Origin: Bdellovibrionales bacterium GWA1_52_35 | GTDB taxonomy: Bacteria > Bdellovibrionota > UBA1018 | Direction of reading: 5' to 3' | Length of the DNA stretch: 64,000 nucleotides | NCBI GenBank assembly: GCA_001769805.1 | Contig: MEPO01000011.1 | Span: 41,623 to 105,622, forward strand | In this document: piece by piece, positions 39,383 through 49,766 of the stretch | Numbering within the stretch: position 1 is the stretch's first letter | How the letters are laid out: each line of letters begins with the position of its first letter | The notes under the pieces: model-generated | Databases searched by the model: none | Told to the model about the DNA's origin: nothing | The model's input: only the letters and a program-made list of their open reading frames with translations | Translations under genes and position numbers: made by a program

Positions 39383-40855
39383 ATGAAAAATCCACTCGTT
39401 TTTGTTCCCACTTACAATGAAAGTGAAAATGTTCGCACCCTTTGCGCGCAATTACTGGATTTGAACACAGACCTCGATATTCTTTTCATGGATGACAACT
39501 CTCCGGATGGTACCGGCAAGGTGCTTGAGGAACTCTCAAGTCAGCACCCGAATGTCAAAGTCGTCCATCGCCCGGGCAAGCTTGGTGTCGGAAGCGCGCA
39601 TTTCGACGGTATTCAATGGGCTTATGCGAACGGCTATCAGCGACTCATCACCATGGATTGTGACTTCACCCACCCCCCTCATTACATCCTGGACATCATC
39701 AAAGTTGAGAATGCCGATATCGTAGTGGGCTCCCGTTATTTGAAAGAAAAAAGCCTCCGTGGCTGGAACCTGCTCCGGAAGACCTTGACGAGAACCGGGC
39801 ACTTTTTGACCAAGACCCTTCTGGGTATGGACTATGATGCGACCGGCGGCTTCAGGATGTACAGGCTGGACCGGCTGCCACGGGGCTTGTTTTCTCTGGT
39901 CGGTTCCAAAGGGTATTCGTTTTTTTTCGAGAGCCTTTATGTGATTCACTTCAACAAATTCCTGATCTGCGAAATTCCGATTTCGCTCCCGCCCCGTACT
40001 TACGGCCACTCCAAAATGACCCTTGCCGAAGTTAAACGGAGTGTGAAACTTCTGTTTTCCATTTTCATGAACCAGCTTCTTTATCCCGAGCGCTTTCTGC
40101 TTGCAGGCGGTGTGGACGTCGCCGTCAACCCGGCCTTGAATGACCCCCAGGGTTGGGAAGAGTACTGGAAGGCGCAAAAAATTTCGACCGGTGGAATTGT
40201 GTATGATTCAATCGCCGCATTCTACCGGAAATTTATTATCAAACGCACGCTGAACTATTTTGTTCGCAAGTATTTTACCAAAGGCTCAAGGATTCTTCAT
40301 GCCGGGTGCGGCAGTGGCCAGGTCGACACAGATATTTCAAAGCACGTGTCGATTACCGGCATGGATATCTCGGTCAACGCCCTCCGTTATTACGGAAAAC
40401 TGAATCAGAACTGTGCAACCCTGCACGGAAGCATTTTCAGCATCCCGCTACCGGATCGCTCCGTGGATGGTATTTACAATCTTGGGGTCATGGAGCATTT
40501 CACGGAGAAGGAAATTTCCGAGATTTTTTCGGAATTCAAACGGGTACTGAAAGACGATGGTCGCATGATCATCTTCTGGCCTCCTGAATTCGGAGCCAGC
40601 GTGATTTTTCTCAAAGGCGTCAAATGGGGGCTTGAAAATATTTTTGGCAAAAAAGGTGTTAAAATTCATCCCGACGAGATCACCCGGGTACAATCCAAAG
40701 AACACGTGGCCCGCCTTTTTCAAAAAGGTGGATTCATGGTGACAAAATACTATTTTGGTCCGATGGACTTCTTTACGTACTCCGTGATCATTGCCGACAA
40801 GCACTCGCTGTCGACTGCAAAAGAGCCGCTGGTTGCACTCGGCCCTACGGTTTAA
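39383..40855 (+). CDS. Fusion protein: polyprenyl-phosphate mannose synthase (DPM1/Ppm1-like GT2) N-domain plus class I SAM methyltransferase C-domain
   Basis: The N-domain has VFVPTYNESENV, FMDDNSPDGT and ITMDCDFTHPP (the DPM1 signature; compare MDADLSHHP). The C-domain has ILHAGCGSGQVD...GMDIS (motif I) and ..LKDDGRMIIF... No TM segments. Confidence 0.75.
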   Translation: MKNPLVFVPTYNESENVRTLCAQLLDLNTDLDILFMDDNSPDGTGKVLEELSSQHPNVKVVHRPGKLGVGSAHFDGIQWAYANGYQRLITMDCDFTHPPHYILDIIKVENADIVVGSRYLKEKSLRGWNLLRKTLTRTGHFLTKTLLGMDYDATGGFRMYRLDRLPRGLFSLVGSKGYSFFFESLYVIHFNKFLICEIPISLPPRTYGHSKMTLAEVKRSVKLLFSIFMNQLLYPERFLLAGGVDVAVNPALNDPQGWEEYWKAQKISTGGIVYDSIAAFYRKFIIKRTLNYFVRKYFTKGSRILHAGCGSGQVDTDISKHVSITGMDISVNALRYYGKLNQNCATLHGSIFSIPLPDRSVDGIYNLGVMEHFTEKEISEIFSEFKRVLKDDGRMIIFWPPEFGASVIFLKGVKWGLENIFGKKGVKIHPDEITRVQSKEHVARLFQKGGFMVTKYYFGPMDFFTYSVIIADKHSLSTAKEPLVALGPTV

Positions 40856-42323
40856 GATTAATTCCAGAATAACAGCTGTAAGCCGGACGCCCCGGGCCCG
40901 CTGCAAAGTCGCGTCTTTTCTCAAATGATTCAGGATGGCTCCGCTCTGAATCTTTGGCCCAGCAACCCGCCTGCTTTTTGCCTGTAGGATCGAAGTACGG
41001 AACCGGCTTCCAGTCCGACCAAAGTGAATTCAATGCAAGTCGGTTCTTGGAATAGAATTTAAGCGGCCAATAGCTTGCGTAACCATCAGAGTAGGCCACA
41101 CAAGTGCCAGACGGACACTCATCCATTAGCCAGGCAGCCGCAGGCTTGAGTGGGTCTTCTTGCTTTGCGAATTGGACAAGAGGCAAAGCCAATCGCACAA
41201 GAAAAAACAAAAACAGACCTCCAAGGACCACCCAAGCGCGAAGTCCTTCGATTGTGAAGCGTTGCCGTGCCCGGAAAAGCAAATCGCTCTGCAGGAAAAT
41301 CCATCCGGGAAGTAAAGATAGAAAATATCGCTCAGTTCCAAGATCCATCAAGGTCCGTCCACGGTAGCACATAAACAGTAGAAACAACGTTCCGGCGCCA
41401 GTTGCGAGTCCGTGGTGCAAGAAATGCCGGTCGAGGCGATTTGTGCGTCCTTTCACGAGTACGCTGAAATGCCAGACAAAAGCGCCGATCAGCAGGATTA
41501 AGAACCCCACGAGAAGAAACACAGGCGCTGCATCCTTTGTAAGCATGAACCTGAAAGGTTGATGACCGCTGAGGATGTTCAGAAAACTTCGTACCTCGAT
41601 ATACCAATGCACTCCCGGAGTCGCCGATATGGGTAAGGGGAAATTCCGCATAACCGGCCAAGCGAGACCAATCAGAAGCGCCAGCCCGAGCGCAAAGTGG
41701 TGAAAGCGTCGCCGGGCACCGGCAACAAGATGTCTCAGTACTGGAAGGAATATGGCTCCAAGCCCAACGACTGCTGTGATATGTGCCTCAATTGCAAGTC
41801 CAGCAAGTAATGCGATCCTTAGCCACCGGACTTCCGAGGTTCGGTGAACCCGGAGAGCTTCCGCAAAGAGCACCAAGAACAATCCCAGCATAAAGGATTG
41901 TGGAAAAGCCACGCGCGAAAAAACAAGAACCATTGGACTGATCGACAGAACAAAGGCAAAACTGCTTTTACGTTCGGGAAACTGCTGCTCAATTTCACGG
42001 TAGAGAACCCAAGCCCCCCAGGTGACGGCAATCAGCGGCACAGCCCTGAAGAGCCATGGGCTGGGATTCATGCCCAGGATCGAATGAAATATTGTAAAAA
42101 TAGAGCCCAGAATCCAAAAATCCAAAGGACCTTCGTAGGGAACCAAGGGGTTCAGAGCCGGCCATTGGCCGTGCGTGATCTTGCCAAGCTCTTCCACGAT
42201 CAGCTGATACAGGGTTTCGTCAGCATTCAGGCTCATAATATTAAGAGTGAGCACCTGAAACACAAGTACGACTACCGGCGCGAAGAGCGCCCAGCGCCAA
42301 GGATCCATTTTCAACTTCTTCAT
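40845..42323 (-). CDS. Polytopic membrane protein (492 aa; candidate GT-C-fold glycosyltransferase)
   Basis: At least 11 hydrophobic segments and a soluble C-terminal domain of about 110 aa. The first periplasmic loop carries ..SLNADETLY... Confidence 0.45.
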   Translation of the reverse strand: MKKLKMDPWRWALFAPVVVLVFQVLTLNIMSLNADETLYQLIVEELGKITHGQWPALNPLVPYEGPLDFWILGSIFTIFHSILGMNPSPWLFRAVPLIAVTWGAWVLYREIEQQFPERKSSFAFVLSISPMVLVFSRVAFPQSFMLGLFLVLFAEALRVHRTSEVRWLRIALLAGLAIEAHITAVVGLGAIFLPVLRHLVAGARRRFHHFALGLALLIGLAWPVMRNFPLPISATPGVHWYIEVRSFLNILSGHQPFRFMLTKDAAPVFLLVGFLILLIGAFVWHFSVLVKGRTNRLDRHFLHHGLATGAGTLFLLFMCYRGRTLMDLGTERYFLSLLPGWIFLQSDLLFRARQRFTIEGLRAWVVLGGLFLFFLVRLALPLVQFAKQEDPLKPAAAWLMDECPSGTCVAYSDGYASYWPLKFYSKNRLALNSLWSDWKPVPYFDPTGKKQAGCWAKDSERSHPESFEKRRDFAAGPGRPAYSCYSGINLKP

Positions 42324-42395
42324 TAGTAATTTTTGCCATCGCGGCTTGAGGATTACAATTAGTATCCACAGGTTAGCTCGATTTTAGGTTGGAAT

Positions 42396-44300
42396 TTGAG
42401 AACACGTGCAGTAGCTTTTGTATTCCAGATGAAACCCAAGAACCTCTCTCCTTCTCGCGAATTTTTCGTCTTCCTCTCAGGAGTCGTGCTGATTCTGGCC
42501 TACTGGATTTTGGTCAAACCCTTGAATCCGGGACCCGGGTACTTTGAGGACTTCTGTATCGAAATGAGTCGACGGGCCATGTCCGATTCAATCGAGCGCT
42601 TCGGGAAACCCACATTTGTTACAGACCTCTTCATGGCACCGTTCGGGATGCCGGTTCCCTTTTTCTCCTGGTCCATTGAGCGCGACTGGATGGGTGCGTG
42701 GTTTTGGAAATGGAATAAGTTCTTTCCTTTTATTTGGGCTTACTTCCTCGCCTCCCTGTTTCTCACGTATGCAGCGCTCGGCTATATTTTCAAGAAAATG
42801 AAACTGAGTGCCAGCTGGGCTTGGGCGATCGCAGCGCTGATTTGTGTCTTCAATATTCCGCGGCACTTCAAAATTTGGTACCACATCGAATATCTGGCGC
42901 AACATTGGCTGGTGATTTCCATTTTCCTCGACGCCTGGATCTGGGCCAAATGGACTCGCGAACGCAAATGGTCCTGGATTCTGGAACTCTGGCGGGCTTT
43001 CCTGATCCTGGCGGTCTTGGGTACGCCGGGCTACTTTTGGGCCATGTCCGCTCTCGTCTGGATGATCTTGCGTCTGAGCATGCTCCTTTCACTCCGAAAA
43101 CCTCAGGGAATGTCACTGCAGATCGAAGGCTCCTGGAGAGCGGCGATTCTTCCTTCGGTGCTTTGCCTGCTTTGGCTGTCATTTGAGCTGCGCTGGTTTA
43201 TTCCTCTCATCACCGAAATGCGGAAGCTCGGAACGGTTTCGCAGGGGCTCGGTTGGTGGGCAAACATCGGGTATGTATTCAGACCTCTTTGGCTTGATAT
43301 TTTAGCGGGCCCTCTGGCTTTCAGTCATATCCTGGCACCTCTGGACAGGCCCGAGACTGTTGTAACCGCCGGATGGTTCTATTGGGTTCCTGCCGTCACC
43401 GCCTTGGTTTTGCTTCGAAAAAAAGCGGGTGGTTCCGGATTAAAGACAGTTTTTCCTTTCGTCCTGCTCTTGGTTTTGACCATCGCCTACTTTGCATCCG
43501 AGCCGATCTTCAAGCAAGTGCGCTGGCTGATTCACTGGCCCATGCAGCATCTTGTGCCATTCATGTCGTTCTTTCGCGCGACGAGTCGCTGGGGAATTGT
43601 TCTGCCCTATTTTCTTGGTGCGATCATCATTCTGAGCTGGCCGGAGCTTTCTGCCTGGGCGAAGGCGCTGTATAAAAGACGGCCTAAAATGGTCAACGCT
43701 GTCGTTGCCGTATTCGCCTTGTCTTCAATTGCGGAAGCGGCATGGCTATTCCACCCCGTGATGATGCAACCGCCTCTGGCTTCTTCCATGGTATCGCTTC
43801 TTGATCAGGTTCGCGCGAAACCGGGTACCACCGTGCTTGACATGCCTTTCTGTGTCGCGGGCGGAAACGGCGTCTGCACCGCTGAGCAATGTCCGAATTA
43901 CCCCCTGTCCACCGTTTCTGGATGCCTGAGCAGCTGGCACGACAAGAAAATATACGGGCTTTATCAGGCGCGTCTTGCCCCCGAACAATGTCAATATTAC
44001 GGAAAAGCACCATTCACTCACTGGTTCTCCGCCTGGAAAGAACAGCGCTGCCTGAGCGATGACGAGTGGCAGGAGTTCTGTACCTATCTCGAGGGACAGC
44101 CCGACATTTCTTCCATCCTGATTTATCCCGATATCTGGAAAGCTGCGGGCCACCCCGCCTGCCGAGCTGAAATTGAACAGCGCTTGGGCGCACCTTTGGC
44201 CGAGTCAGTATTTCTCGCCCGTCCCACGCGAGGCGGTGCGGGTTCTGATCCTTCCAGAATCTGGCTATTCCCCGGGAAATGCTCGACTCAGGCGCGTTGA
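42396..44300 (+). CDS. Polytopic membrane protein with C-terminal Cys-rich extracytoplasmic domain (paralogue A)
   Basis: 634 aa. It has about 11 TM segments and a C-terminal domain of about 170 aa with 8 Cys (PFCVAGGNGVCTAEQCPNYP...SGCLSSWH..QCQYY...QRCL...EFCTYL...HPAC). It aligns along its whole length with 50881-52788. Confidence 0.55.
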   Translation: MRTRAVAFVFQMKPKNLSPSREFFVFLSGVVLILAYWILVKPLNPGPGYFEDFCIEMSRRAMSDSIERFGKPTFVTDLFMAPFGMPVPFFSWSIERDWMGAWFWKWNKFFPFIWAYFLASLFLTYAALGYIFKKMKLSASWAWAIAALICVFNIPRHFKIWYHIEYLAQHWLVISIFLDAWIWAKWTRERKWSWILELWRAFLILAVLGTPGYFWAMSALVWMILRLSMLLSLRKPQGMSLQIEGSWRAAILPSVLCLLWLSFELRWFIPLITEMRKLGTVSQGLGWWANIGYVFRPLWLDILAGPLAFSHILAPLDRPETVVTAGWFYWVPAVTALVLLRKKAGGSGLKTVFPFVLLLVLTIAYFASEPIFKQVRWLIHWPMQHLVPFMSFFRATSRWGIVLPYFLGAIIILSWPELSAWAKALYKRRPKMVNAVVAVFALSSIAEAAWLFHPVMMQPPLASSMVSLLDQVRAKPGTTVLDMPFCVAGGNGVCTAEQCPNYPLSTVSGCLSSWHDKKIYGLYQARLAPEQCQYYGKAPFTHWFSAWKEQRCLSDDEWQEFCTYLEGQPDISSILIYPDIWKAAGHPACRAEIEQRLGAPLAESVFLARPTRGGAGSDPSRIWLFPGKCSTQAR

Positions 44301-44308
44301 AGTCTTGC

Positions 44309-45937
44309 TCAGTTCTTGACGAGCAAGACGACGTCTTTTCCAGAAAGCCGGTCCACGGCAATGGCGCTGCGGGTACAATTTTCTGAGACTTCCTGCCAAC
44401 TCGGCCCGTTCACGGAAGGCTCAGAGGTCATTTTTTCGATCATGCCCCGGACCTGCTCGGGATTCATTTCCCACCTGGAAATCGTTGGCGTGAGTAAAAG
44501 ATAATTGATCGACTTCCACATGGAATGAGTCGGTGGTGGAAATTTTTCGCTCAAGATCGTTTCTTCAAAGCCGGTCTCTCCAAAAGGCGTCCGTAGTACC
44601 CCAATCAGCGCGGGCGAGACAATCCCTTTGGCATTTGAACTGGGTAAGCATTTCAGAAGTGCCTGCGTATGGGATCGAAGATCTTGGGCAGCCGAAGAGG
44701 GAACGGTAAAAAACGGCGCACCACTCCCGAGAGCCAGAACCGAGAATAACAACCAGCTCCGCTTCCCCGGCATGAGTGCGACCGCAAGCCAAAAGCCGCC
44801 GAGCAAAGATGCGGAGTAATAATTCACAAGTGTTGCAGGCTGCCCGCCTAAAGTGGCCAGGACTGCTGCAATCGGAAGCACCCAGAACCAAAAGCGGGCT
44901 TTAAGTGAAACCCAGGGAGCAAATATCAAAAGCGAAAGCCAAGGTCGTGAAACAAGAAAAAATGCGATTTTTCGCAAGACAGAAGTAATATCCAGATCAA
45001 CGGCCCGGAGATACGGCATTGCCGAAGGAAGCTGCACAGCCATTCCCGAAAATTCCTGAACTCCCCATTCTCCTGTACTGAAGCGACGGATGGATAGAAA
45101 CAAAACCGTACTGATAGCTGATCCCAGCAAGATCGCCGCCACTGATGAAAAGAGTTGTGTCTTCGCGCGTTTTTGCCAGACACTTGCTGCAAACCAGAGA
45201 AGGACCGGGAATAAAATAAAAGGCGCATCCACCTTGGTCCCAAAGCCAAGGAGAATCCCGGCCATCCACGCCCAGTGGCGTAGCTTCCCATCGGCGACTC
45301 CCAATCCCCAACAAGTCAGCAAAACAGAAAATGGATAAACGACCTCAGGGTGAACATCGTAACCCAGGATTCGCCCCACCTGCGTGGACGACAGGAAACA
45401 GAACGCAACAATCCAGGCACCCAGCGGTCCCCACAAGGGTTTGGCCAAATTGGCAAGAACCACAGCAGCAAACGCGAGTGCAAGCGGTGCCAGAAGCAGT
45501 GCTGTTAATGTGGACCCGAAAAGCCACGTCAGCGGCAGAAATCCATAAAGGCTCCAGAAAGGATGAACGGCTCCATGCTGCATGAGCCCCGTCGTTTGTG
45601 GAGCAAAGTGAGTGAGAAATGGCACTCCTTTAACGAGGCTCCTGAGCATGTCCTCAAAAAGCCAGAAATCCTGCGCGTTGAGTGTAAGGGAGTACCATTG
45701 CAAAAATTTCTGAAAAGCTCCTATTGCGGAAAATGCCAGGGCGAGAATCCAGACGCTCGCATGGAAGTGGCTTTGAAGGGCTTTTGAAGCCCGCTCTTCC
45801 CAAGCAGTCCGGAGCGAACCGAGGCGGGTACGCAAGGCTTCGGGAGCGAAACGACTGGCCAGAACCACGCAAGCAAGAGCAATAGCCCCGGCCCACAAGA
45901 TCCACCGCAAACGAAGTTCGAGCTCAACGAGATTCAT
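44309..45937 (-). CDS. Polytopic membrane protein (about 542 aa; candidate GT-C-fold glycosyltransferase)
   Basis: Start taken at the internal ATG (MNLVELELRL...) to avoid overlap with the divergent gene. At least 12 hydrophobic segments and a soluble C-terminal region of about 110 aa. Confidence 0.45.
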   Translation of the reverse strand: MNLVELELRLRWILWAGAIALACVVLASRFAPEALRTRLGSLRTAWEERASKALQSHFHASVWILALAFSAIGAFQKFLQWYSLTLNAQDFWLFEDMLRSLVKGVPFLTHFAPQTTGLMQHGAVHPFWSLYGFLPLTWLFGSTLTALLLAPLALAFAAVVLANLAKPLWGPLGAWIVAFCFLSSTQVGRILGYDVHPEVVYPFSVLLTCWGLGVADGKLRHWAWMAGILLGFGTKVDAPFILFPVLLWFAASVWQKRAKTQLFSSVAAILLGSAISTVLFLSIRRFSTGEWGVQEFSGMAVQLPSAMPYLRAVDLDITSVLRKIAFFLVSRPWLSLLIFAPWVSLKARFWFWVLPIAAVLATLGGQPATLVNYYSASLLGGFWLAVALMPGKRSWLLFSVLALGSGAPFFTVPSSAAQDLRSHTQALLKCLPSSNAKGIVSPALIGVLRTPFGETGFEETILSEKFPPPTHSMWKSINYLLLTPTISRWEMNPEQVRGMIEKMTSEPSVNGPSWQEVSENCTRSAIAVDRLSGKDVVLLVKN

Positions 45938-46028
45938 AGGTATTATCGGCGATCTAACCACAACGAAGCATCTTTTAAAATGAAATTGACTAGACGCGGC
46001 GACCACTGCAACAGTAGCGAGAACGGCT

Positions 46029-47681
46029 ATGAAGAAATATTCAGCTCTCCTATTTGACGTGGTGATCGCGGTCCTGCTCGGGCTGTCTCTGAGTGGAGGC
46101 ATCGAGTGGGACGGTAGAACGATCCTGCGCCATGCGGCCGATCCGCGTCGCGCAGCCCTGATTCTGCTGGGCCTCGGGTATTTCTTTGTTCAGGAATTTA
46201 AAGTGCGAAGCATCTTCCTTCGTCTGGCCTCGCTTCTGATTCACAAACTCTCGACGATTCCTCATTGGCGTTGGGGATTTTTTGGCGCGGCATTTCTGCT
46301 CGCGGAAACGCTGTCGATCCTGCAGGTCCTGGCGCTCCGGGTTCGCCTTTATGACGTTGGGATTTTTCACCAGATTCTCTGGAGTCTGACTGAAGGTCTT
46401 GGCTTCCACAGTACGATCAGTGGGGCTGGCAATTTCTTGCTGGATCACTCAGCGGTATCGGTCGCACTCCTCGCGCCCTTTGCCTGGTTATCCGGGAATT
46501 CACCGCTATTTCTGCCCATCTTGCAACCCGTACTGCTATTCGGCGGGGCCGCTGCGTGGATCAGACTTGCCGAAAGATTGCCCGCTGTTTCGATCGAAAT
46601 TCGTGGTCGAATCGCAGCATATACGTTACTTGTGGTCGTCAGCTTTCAAAGCATCTGGGGAAATATTGAGTGGGGTTTCCACGAAAATGCCATCGCCTTC
46701 TTTTCACTCTCCTGGGCTTTCACGTGGATGTACCTGGGGAAGAACACCTGGGTCACGGGTCTGTTGCTGCTGATTGCCGCCGGTTCTAAAGAGATCTTGC
46801 TGGTCAGTGTCGGTTTTGGATTTTTCTTCTGGGCCTCTCTGAGCTGGAAAGACCGGGCCCGGGCCTGGCCGGGCATGCTTTCTAAGGTCGTAACGGGGAT
46901 TCTTTTAATCGCGCTCTTTGTGTTCTTCGAGAAACTTCCGCACCCGGCGGATAAAAATTATTTTCTCCGTTATTATTCATATCTGGGAACGGGACTCACT
47001 GATTTCTTCAAAACCCTTCTGCTGAATCCCTTCAGTGTCGTGCAAAACGTCGGAGCAGTGGAGCTGGCGAACTATTTTAAGACCGTTTTTCTTCCCTGGC
47101 TTGGAATCCCCCTGCTGCTCTCGGTTTGGCCGCGCGCACGGCCCGTCCGAAAATGGGGAGGACTCCTGCTTGTTATCCTTCCCTCTTTTGCAAGTGCCGC
47201 AATCGCGACTTACCCACCGCTTCGAGGCATAAATTATCATTATGTTCTGGAGCTCTGGCCTGCTTTGGCGGTCAGCACTTTAATTGGAATTTCATTTTTC
47301 AGAGAAAGTGCCATTCGGCGTATTCTGCAGATCTGGCTACTCCTTGCCCTTCTGGGGCTTGACTTCGATCCGATTTCCTCGATTCGGGAGAACTTCTCAG
47401 GTGCGATCCGTCAGAGTGACGCCCGCCAGGCCATGAGCAACATTCCAAACGAGAGCACGGTCATGGCAGACGAATTGGCCGGAACCTGGGTGGCGGGACG
47501 CAGGATCGTCACCCGATGGCCGGATCTCCATTTCCTGGAAAATGGCTGTCCCGATTGGCTCGTGCTTGAACGATCACAGGATAAAGACAACCAGAAGTCG
47601 CAAATATTCACTTGCCCGAACAATCGCAAACCGGTGCTTCAGTGGGAGCACGGCGATTGGGCCGCGTACCGGCTGCTCTGA
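46029..47681 (+). CDS. Polytopic membrane protein (550 aa; candidate GT-C-fold glycosyltransferase)
   Basis: About 12 hydrophobic segments and a soluble C-terminal domain of about 100 aa. Confidence 0.45.
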   Translation: MKKYSALLFDVVIAVLLGLSLSGGIEWDGRTILRHAADPRRAALILLGLGYFFVQEFKVRSIFLRLASLLIHKLSTIPHWRWGFFGAAFLLAETLSILQVLALRVRLYDVGIFHQILWSLTEGLGFHSTISGAGNFLLDHSAVSVALLAPFAWLSGNSPLFLPILQPVLLFGGAAAWIRLAERLPAVSIEIRGRIAAYTLLVVVSFQSIWGNIEWGFHENAIAFFSLSWAFTWMYLGKNTWVTGLLLLIAAGSKEILLVSVGFGFFFWASLSWKDRARAWPGMLSKVVTGILLIALFVFFEKLPHPADKNYFLRYYSYLGTGLTDFFKTLLLNPFSVVQNVGAVELANYFKTVFLPWLGIPLLLSVWPRARPVRKWGGLLLVILPSFASAAIATYPPLRGINYHYVLELWPALAVSTLIGISFFRESAIRRILQIWLLLALLGLDFDPISSIRENFSGAIRQSDARQAMSNIPNESTVMADELAGTWVAGRRIVTRWPDLHFLENGCPDWLVLERSQDKDNQKSQIFTCPNNRKPVLQWEHGDWAAYRLL

Positions 47682-47684
47682 ATT

Positions 47685-48701
47685 TTACCAATAATGAGAT
47701 TGATGCTGGCGGTAATAGTCATGAGTTCGCTCAATTCCATCTGCCAGCTGTATCTGGGGATTCCAGGCCAGAACTTTCTTGAGCTTGGTAATATCTGAAA
47801 CATAGTCGCCGGTCTCAACATTGATGTAGGCCTCGGGCCAGGGCACGAATTGCACCTGGCCTTTGCGGACGACTTTCACGATGGTTTCGACCATCTCCTT
47901 GAAGTGGGTCCCGATTCCGCTACCGAGATTGAAGACCTCGCCAAAGCACCCCTCGGTGACTGCGCTTTGAATCATGGCATCGGCAAGATCGTCAACATAG
48001 ATATAATCTCGCACCTGCTCACCTGTCCCAAAGACTTTCAAGGTATGACCTTCCATCGCCTGACGAATAAACCAGTTGATCATCGAATATTTGTTATGTC
48101 GCATCTGCGAGCGCGGTCCATAGGGATTGGCGATCCGGAAGAGGACACAGCGGATGCCATGAATCTGGTGGTAAAAGAGGTAACTGTTTTCGGCCGCTGT
48201 CTTGTTCAGGGCATACGGCGTGCGGGGGCGGAGTGGATGCTTTTCGTCGACCGGATTGTATTCGATCTTGCCGAACTGAAGTCTCGAGCCCGAATGGATG
48301 ATGACCGCCTCCGGGCTGTGGCGACGCACATTTTCCAGGACATTCAGATGCCCGATATAATTGATATCGGCATCGAGCGCGGGATTCTGCATACTATCGT
48401 TATGGCTGACTTGCGCGGCAAGATTGAAGATGATGTCCTTGCCTTGCACCAGGGCCTTCATGGCTTCGGTGTCACGAATATCACAAACGCTGACGGTCAC
48501 CTGCTCACGAATTCCTTCGATATTAAAAAGATTCGCACCGTAAACAGCACTGTTCACGTCCGCGAGCGTGACGTTCGCCCCACCCTGGACCAGCTTCCTG
48601 GCAATAGTGGTGCCGATCATTCCGAGCCCGCCGGTGATCAGAACGTTCTTTGACCGGAATTTATCGCCAATCGGATGCATCACGGGCTTTTCCCTGAACA
48701 A
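47685..48701 (-). CDS. NAD-dependent epimerase/dehydratase (extended SDR)
   Basis: Rossmann VLITGGLGMIGTTIARKL and catalytic ..TPYALNKTAAE..Y (YxxxK) are present. 338 aa; the first ATG may be internal at MHPIG. Confidence 0.75.
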   Translation of the reverse strand: MFREKPVMHPIGDKFRSKNVLITGGLGMIGTTIARKLVQGGANVTLADVNSAVYGANLFNIEGIREQVTVSVCDIRDTEAMKALVQGKDIIFNLAAQVSHNDSMQNPALDADINYIGHLNVLENVRRHSPEAVIIHSGSRLQFGKIEYNPVDEKHPLRPRTPYALNKTAAENSYLFYHQIHGIRCVLFRIANPYGPRSQMRHNKYSMINWFIRQAMEGHTLKVFGTGEQVRDYIYVDDLADAMIQSAVTEGCFGEVFNLGSGIGTHFKEMVETIVKVVRKGQVQFVPWPEAYINVETGDYVSDITKLKKVLAWNPQIQLADGIERTHDYYRQHQSHYW

Positions 48702-49674
48702 CGTTCAGCTTGGTTTTCACGATATACTTGGGCCGCTGTTTCACTTCATCGTAAATTCGAGCAATGTACTCACCGATGATGCCGATAGCGACAAGCTGCA
48801 GCCCCGAAAGAAAAAGGACTGCAACGGTGAGATAAGCCCAGCCCGGTACATCCGGAATATGTCCGGTCAATTTGCCGTAAACAATCCGGATACTTTCTTC
48901 GATACTGAGAATTGCAACCAGTACCCCGATAAAAGTCACGTACTTCAGCGGTTTGTATGAAAAAGAAAAAATTCCGTTGAAAGCGAGTTCGAAATATTTA
49001 TTGAGACTATACCCGGATTCGTCAGCAAAACGCGCGCAGCGCTCGTACTCGACTCCAGTCTGTTTGAACCCGGACCAGGCCCGCATTCCGCGCAGGTACC
49101 GGTTGTTCTCCGGCATGGAGACCAGGATTTCGCGAACACGAGCGGACATCACGCAAAAATCACCGGCATCGTTCGGAATCTTGGTATCCATCAACAATCC
49201 CGAAATCCGGTAAAAAAGGCGGTAAAGGGCGCGGTGAACCAAAGAACGCTTCCGCTTTCGGCGCACGCCATAGACCACATCAAACCCTTCCCGCGCTTTT
49301 GCTACAAACTGGGGAAGAATTTCTGGCGGGTCTTCCAGGTCATCGTCAATGATGGCAACCCATTTTCCGCGAGCGTGATTCAGGCCTGCCGTCAAGGCGG
49401 CCTGGTGACCAAAATTTCTGGAAAATTCGAGCACTTTCAGCCTGGAATCCTGAGCTGCGCGTGCGCTGATCACCTCGAAAGAAGCATCACGGCAGCCATC
49501 CAAAACGGCAATGATTTCAAAAGTTGAGAAGGCCGGCTCCAGAGCGGTAATCAGTCGCTTGTAGAGTTCCGGAAAAATATTTGCTGAATTATAGATCGGC
49601 ACAATGACCGAAAAGTCAGGCGAAATTTCGGAGTGGGAGGCACTGTTCGGCTGGAGTTCATCGGAAGTTGCCAT
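48661..49674 (-). CDS. GtrB/ArnC-like polyprenyl-phosphate hexose synthase (GT2 with C-terminal TM pair)
   Basis: Has FSVIVPIYNSANIF, LDGCRDAS and AIIDDDLEDPPEIL. Two C-terminal TM helices are present (FIGVLVAILSI, LQLVAIGIIGEYIA). Confidence 0.8.
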   Translation of the reverse strand: MATSDELQPNSASHSEISPDFSVIVPIYNSANIFPELYKRLITALEPAFSTFEIIAVLDGCRDASFEVISARAAQDSRLKVLEFSRNFGHQAALTAGLNHARGKWVAIIDDDLEDPPEILPQFVAKAREGFDVVYGVRRKRKRSLVHRALYRLFYRISGLLMDTKIPNDAGDFCVMSARVREILVSMPENNRYLRGMRAWSGFKQTGVEYERCARFADESGYSLNKYFELAFNGIFSFSYKPLKYVTFIGVLVAILSIEESIRIVYGKLTGHIPDVPGWAYLTVAVLFLSGLQLVAIGIIGEYIARIYDEVKQRPKYIVKTKLNVVQGKARDASDWR

Positions 49675-49766
49675 AGGTTAAAACTGTTGAAATACTAATG
49701 ATATCGGTGAGTCAAAGTCAATCTTTAGTAGCAACCTGACTGAGTTTGCACTAGTTTTGAAACAGC

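Noticed and set aside
39536-40177. 213-aa antisense ORF inside the DPM1-MT fusion gene
   Set aside because: Shadow ORF; the sense frame carries the diagnostic DPM1 and SAM motifs.
47850-48653. 267-aa plus-strand ORF opposite the SDR epimerase gene
   Set aside because: Antisense to a gene with Rossmann and YxxxK motifs; its translation is D/I/H-rich without motifs.
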